A stretch of DNA of 64,000 nt, from positions 157,854,001 through 157,918,000 of the forward strand of contig NC_058368.1 of NCBI RefSeq assembly GCF_018350175.1. The letters are read 5' to 3'. This DNA comes from Felis catus (Eukaryota). The notes under the pieces were generated by a model. It made no database searches. It was not told the DNA's origin and saw only the letters and a list, made by a program, of their open reading frames with translations. Positions 61,890 through 64,000 of the stretch are shown one piece after another. Position numbers and translations under genes: made by a program. The first letter of the stretch is position 1. Each line of letters begins with the position of its first letter.

Positions 61890-62480
61890 CAGATACCACT
61901 ATCTCAAACTACTCCTGACTGAATGCATCTTTTCACTGCCTTGCCCAGTCACTCGTCCCACCCATTCCAACAACCTGGATGTGATCCTCCTGACTCTTCC
62001 TCTCTCCCTATCACCTGCCAAGATGCTTCGTCTAATAGTAAAGTTCACTTCTGTTGACTGACTTTTTTAATTATGTCTCTTCAACCCATTTCTTCTAGTG
62101 CTGCTGCTTCAGCTCAGCTCCTCATCCTTTCTTTCTCAATCTATTGCAATAATCTTCCTTCTTTCCTTCCTTCCTTTCTTCCGTCCCTCCTTCCTCTCTC
62201 CCTTCATCTCTTTTTCTTTCTTTCTTTCTTTCTTTCTTTCATCTTTCTATTTAAATCCAAGTTAGTTAACATATGGTGTAGTAATGGTTTCTGGAGTAGA
62301 AGTTAGTGATTCATCACTTACATATAATACCCAGTGCTCATCACATTTAAAATAGAAAGATGAAAGAAAGAAAGATAGAAAGAAAGAGAGAAAAACATAT
62401 TTTTTTTCTTTTTCCAGCATCTGGCTCGTTATCTAGCACACAGTAGATTCCCAGTGAATATTATTCAGATGAATGAAGGA
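61890..62480 (+). mobile_element. L2 remnant interrupted by an L1 fragment and microsatellite
   Basis: aacctggatgtgatcctcctgactcttcctctctccc…ctattgcaataatcttcc | … | tctagcacacagtagattcccagtgaatattattcagatgaatgaa. Confidence 0.6.
62250..62345 (-). mobile_element. ~95-bp carnivore L1 3' terminus, tail expanded into (CCTT)/(CTTT)n at 62154-62249
   Basis: Reverse complement matches 48860-48950 of the L1 in this window (tgagcactgggt…ctactcctgaaacca…atgttaactaacttg). Confidence 0.88.
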
Positions 62481-62694
62481 ATCTATGATCTGTTGAAATT
62501 CCTTCAAGTTACGTTCTTATATAATTCATGATTTTATACTTACATTCAGTTTGATCCAAAAGTCAAGGGCCAATTTGATGCCCAACCAGTGTTTTTGTCA
62601 GCCTGCCTATGAGCCTGCTCTTTCTCTGAAACAGCTGAGAATGAGGTAGAAGAGAAGCATTCATCCTGTTGTAACAATAGTGTGTCATCCAACG

Positions 62695-62965
62695 CAGCTT
62701 AGTATAATGGGTAAAGCAACAGTTTTGGAGTGAAACTGACCTCAGTTTAAATTTTGATTTTACCCCTTATTCCATGTGTGACTTTGGGCGAGGTTCACTG
62801 ATTTTTCTGAGCCTCAAAGTTGTCATCTGTAAATGGCAATAATGGTAACACTTGCCTTCCAAAGTTATTATGAAGATTAAATCAGGTAACATTTATAAAA
62901 CACTTAATCATAATCCTCGGCATCTAGTAAATTCTCAGTAAATGACAGCTGTTATAGTTATCAGT
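62695..62965 (+). mobile_element. MIR SINE, near full length
   Basis: gtgtgactttgggcgaggttcactgatttttctgagcctc…catctgtaaatggcaataatggtaac…tagtaaattctcagtaaatg. Confidence 0.85.
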
Positions 62966-64000
62966 CCTTTTATTATATAAGCCTCTGTAGTGTATAAGTG
63001 GGGAAGGAAGTGTGTAACTGCTTTCCTGTCATCAAGGGGCTTCTTTTTTCAAAGATAAGTGTACTACCAGGGTTCTTAATCCAAACCTGAGAACATAGGC
63101 AACTATTTCAGTAACTGTTTTCTCAATTGTCCCAAGGATGGGTACTAACTAGTGCCATGCTTTGCCTAGGAGAGATGTCAATTCATTATACAAAGTATGC
63201 CTTAGGGCGTTAATTCTTTTTCTTTGAGAATGGTACAGTGATTCCCACATTCTGGCCTAAACTTAGTGGGTTCAGGCAGGAAAAGTATTTCTAGAAACAG
63301 GTATGAAGTTTATAAGACATTTAGGGACAAACAAAATAAAAGAGAAAGTTTTCTTTATATGGATCCCTTTAACTGCTTTGTGCCTCTAAGGGAGAGGAAA
63401 CAATTTTGTGGTCAAAAGCCCACTGAACTACAAGTTGGAAGACTGATTTAACAACTTACTCCAGGAATAACTAAGGATGGTTGCTTACATAGGTACGGAG
63501 AGCTTCTATATCTTTATGATGAGGATAAGACCCATCCTGTTGACCCTACCAATTCTTGAGCATTTTAAATCACATCACATACTTGAAAGTATACAGTTTG
63601 TAAAGTGCTATACAGACCTAAGTTATTATGAAGATGATCATTCTGCTTTACTGCCATCCTGCTTCCTTCACCAGATGACACTAATCAGCCCGGAAGTCTA
63701 TGAGCAACTCAACTGTTTCAGAAGTGAGGAAATGAGTGGCTTTAGTTAAAATTGCCCAACTTTTATCTGGTCTTTTCCTGTCTTTCGTTCTTGTGCTGCT
63801 GAGCTTCCCTTGGCCTTTTTATTGACTATTAAAGATTTATTCATGTGATACCAATTTCTATTTCTAACTGCTTTTCTGAAAATTGTTAAAAACTCAAAGC
63901 ATCTGTCATCTCTGTCAGGCCACTTAACCAACCTCTCAGACCACAGGGAATAGCCCAGAAAGCCTAGATGAGTCTTTTAATGTGCTGAATGGAGTCATCT

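Overview
Mammalian, non-coding-looking DNA. The tRNA-derived Can-SINEs, including young SINEC_Fc-type copies, point to a felid. No protein-coding exon or host gene could be recognised, and the supplied ORFs are largely repeat or microsatellite artefacts or short chance frames. The window is a layered transposon landscape: about 19 Can-SINEs (many with readable TSDs), two large 5'-truncated carnivore L1s plus older L1/L2/MIR remnants, MLT1 solo LTRs, one CpG-rich unassigned solo LTR, and Tigger and hAT MITEs. The most notable items are a full-length U6 snRNA retrocopy nested inside an L1 RT region, a twin-primed inverted L1, a ~200-bp local templated duplication pasted into an L1, two microsatellite-associated inverted duplications, a young SINE with a duplicated B-box, a 600-bp pure pyrimidine tract, and a repeat-poor block at ~21-22 kb holding a back-to-back AP-1 pair and a candidate exon. 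I see no evidence of a new protein-based system. Repeat family names come from recalled consensus motifs, not a database search.
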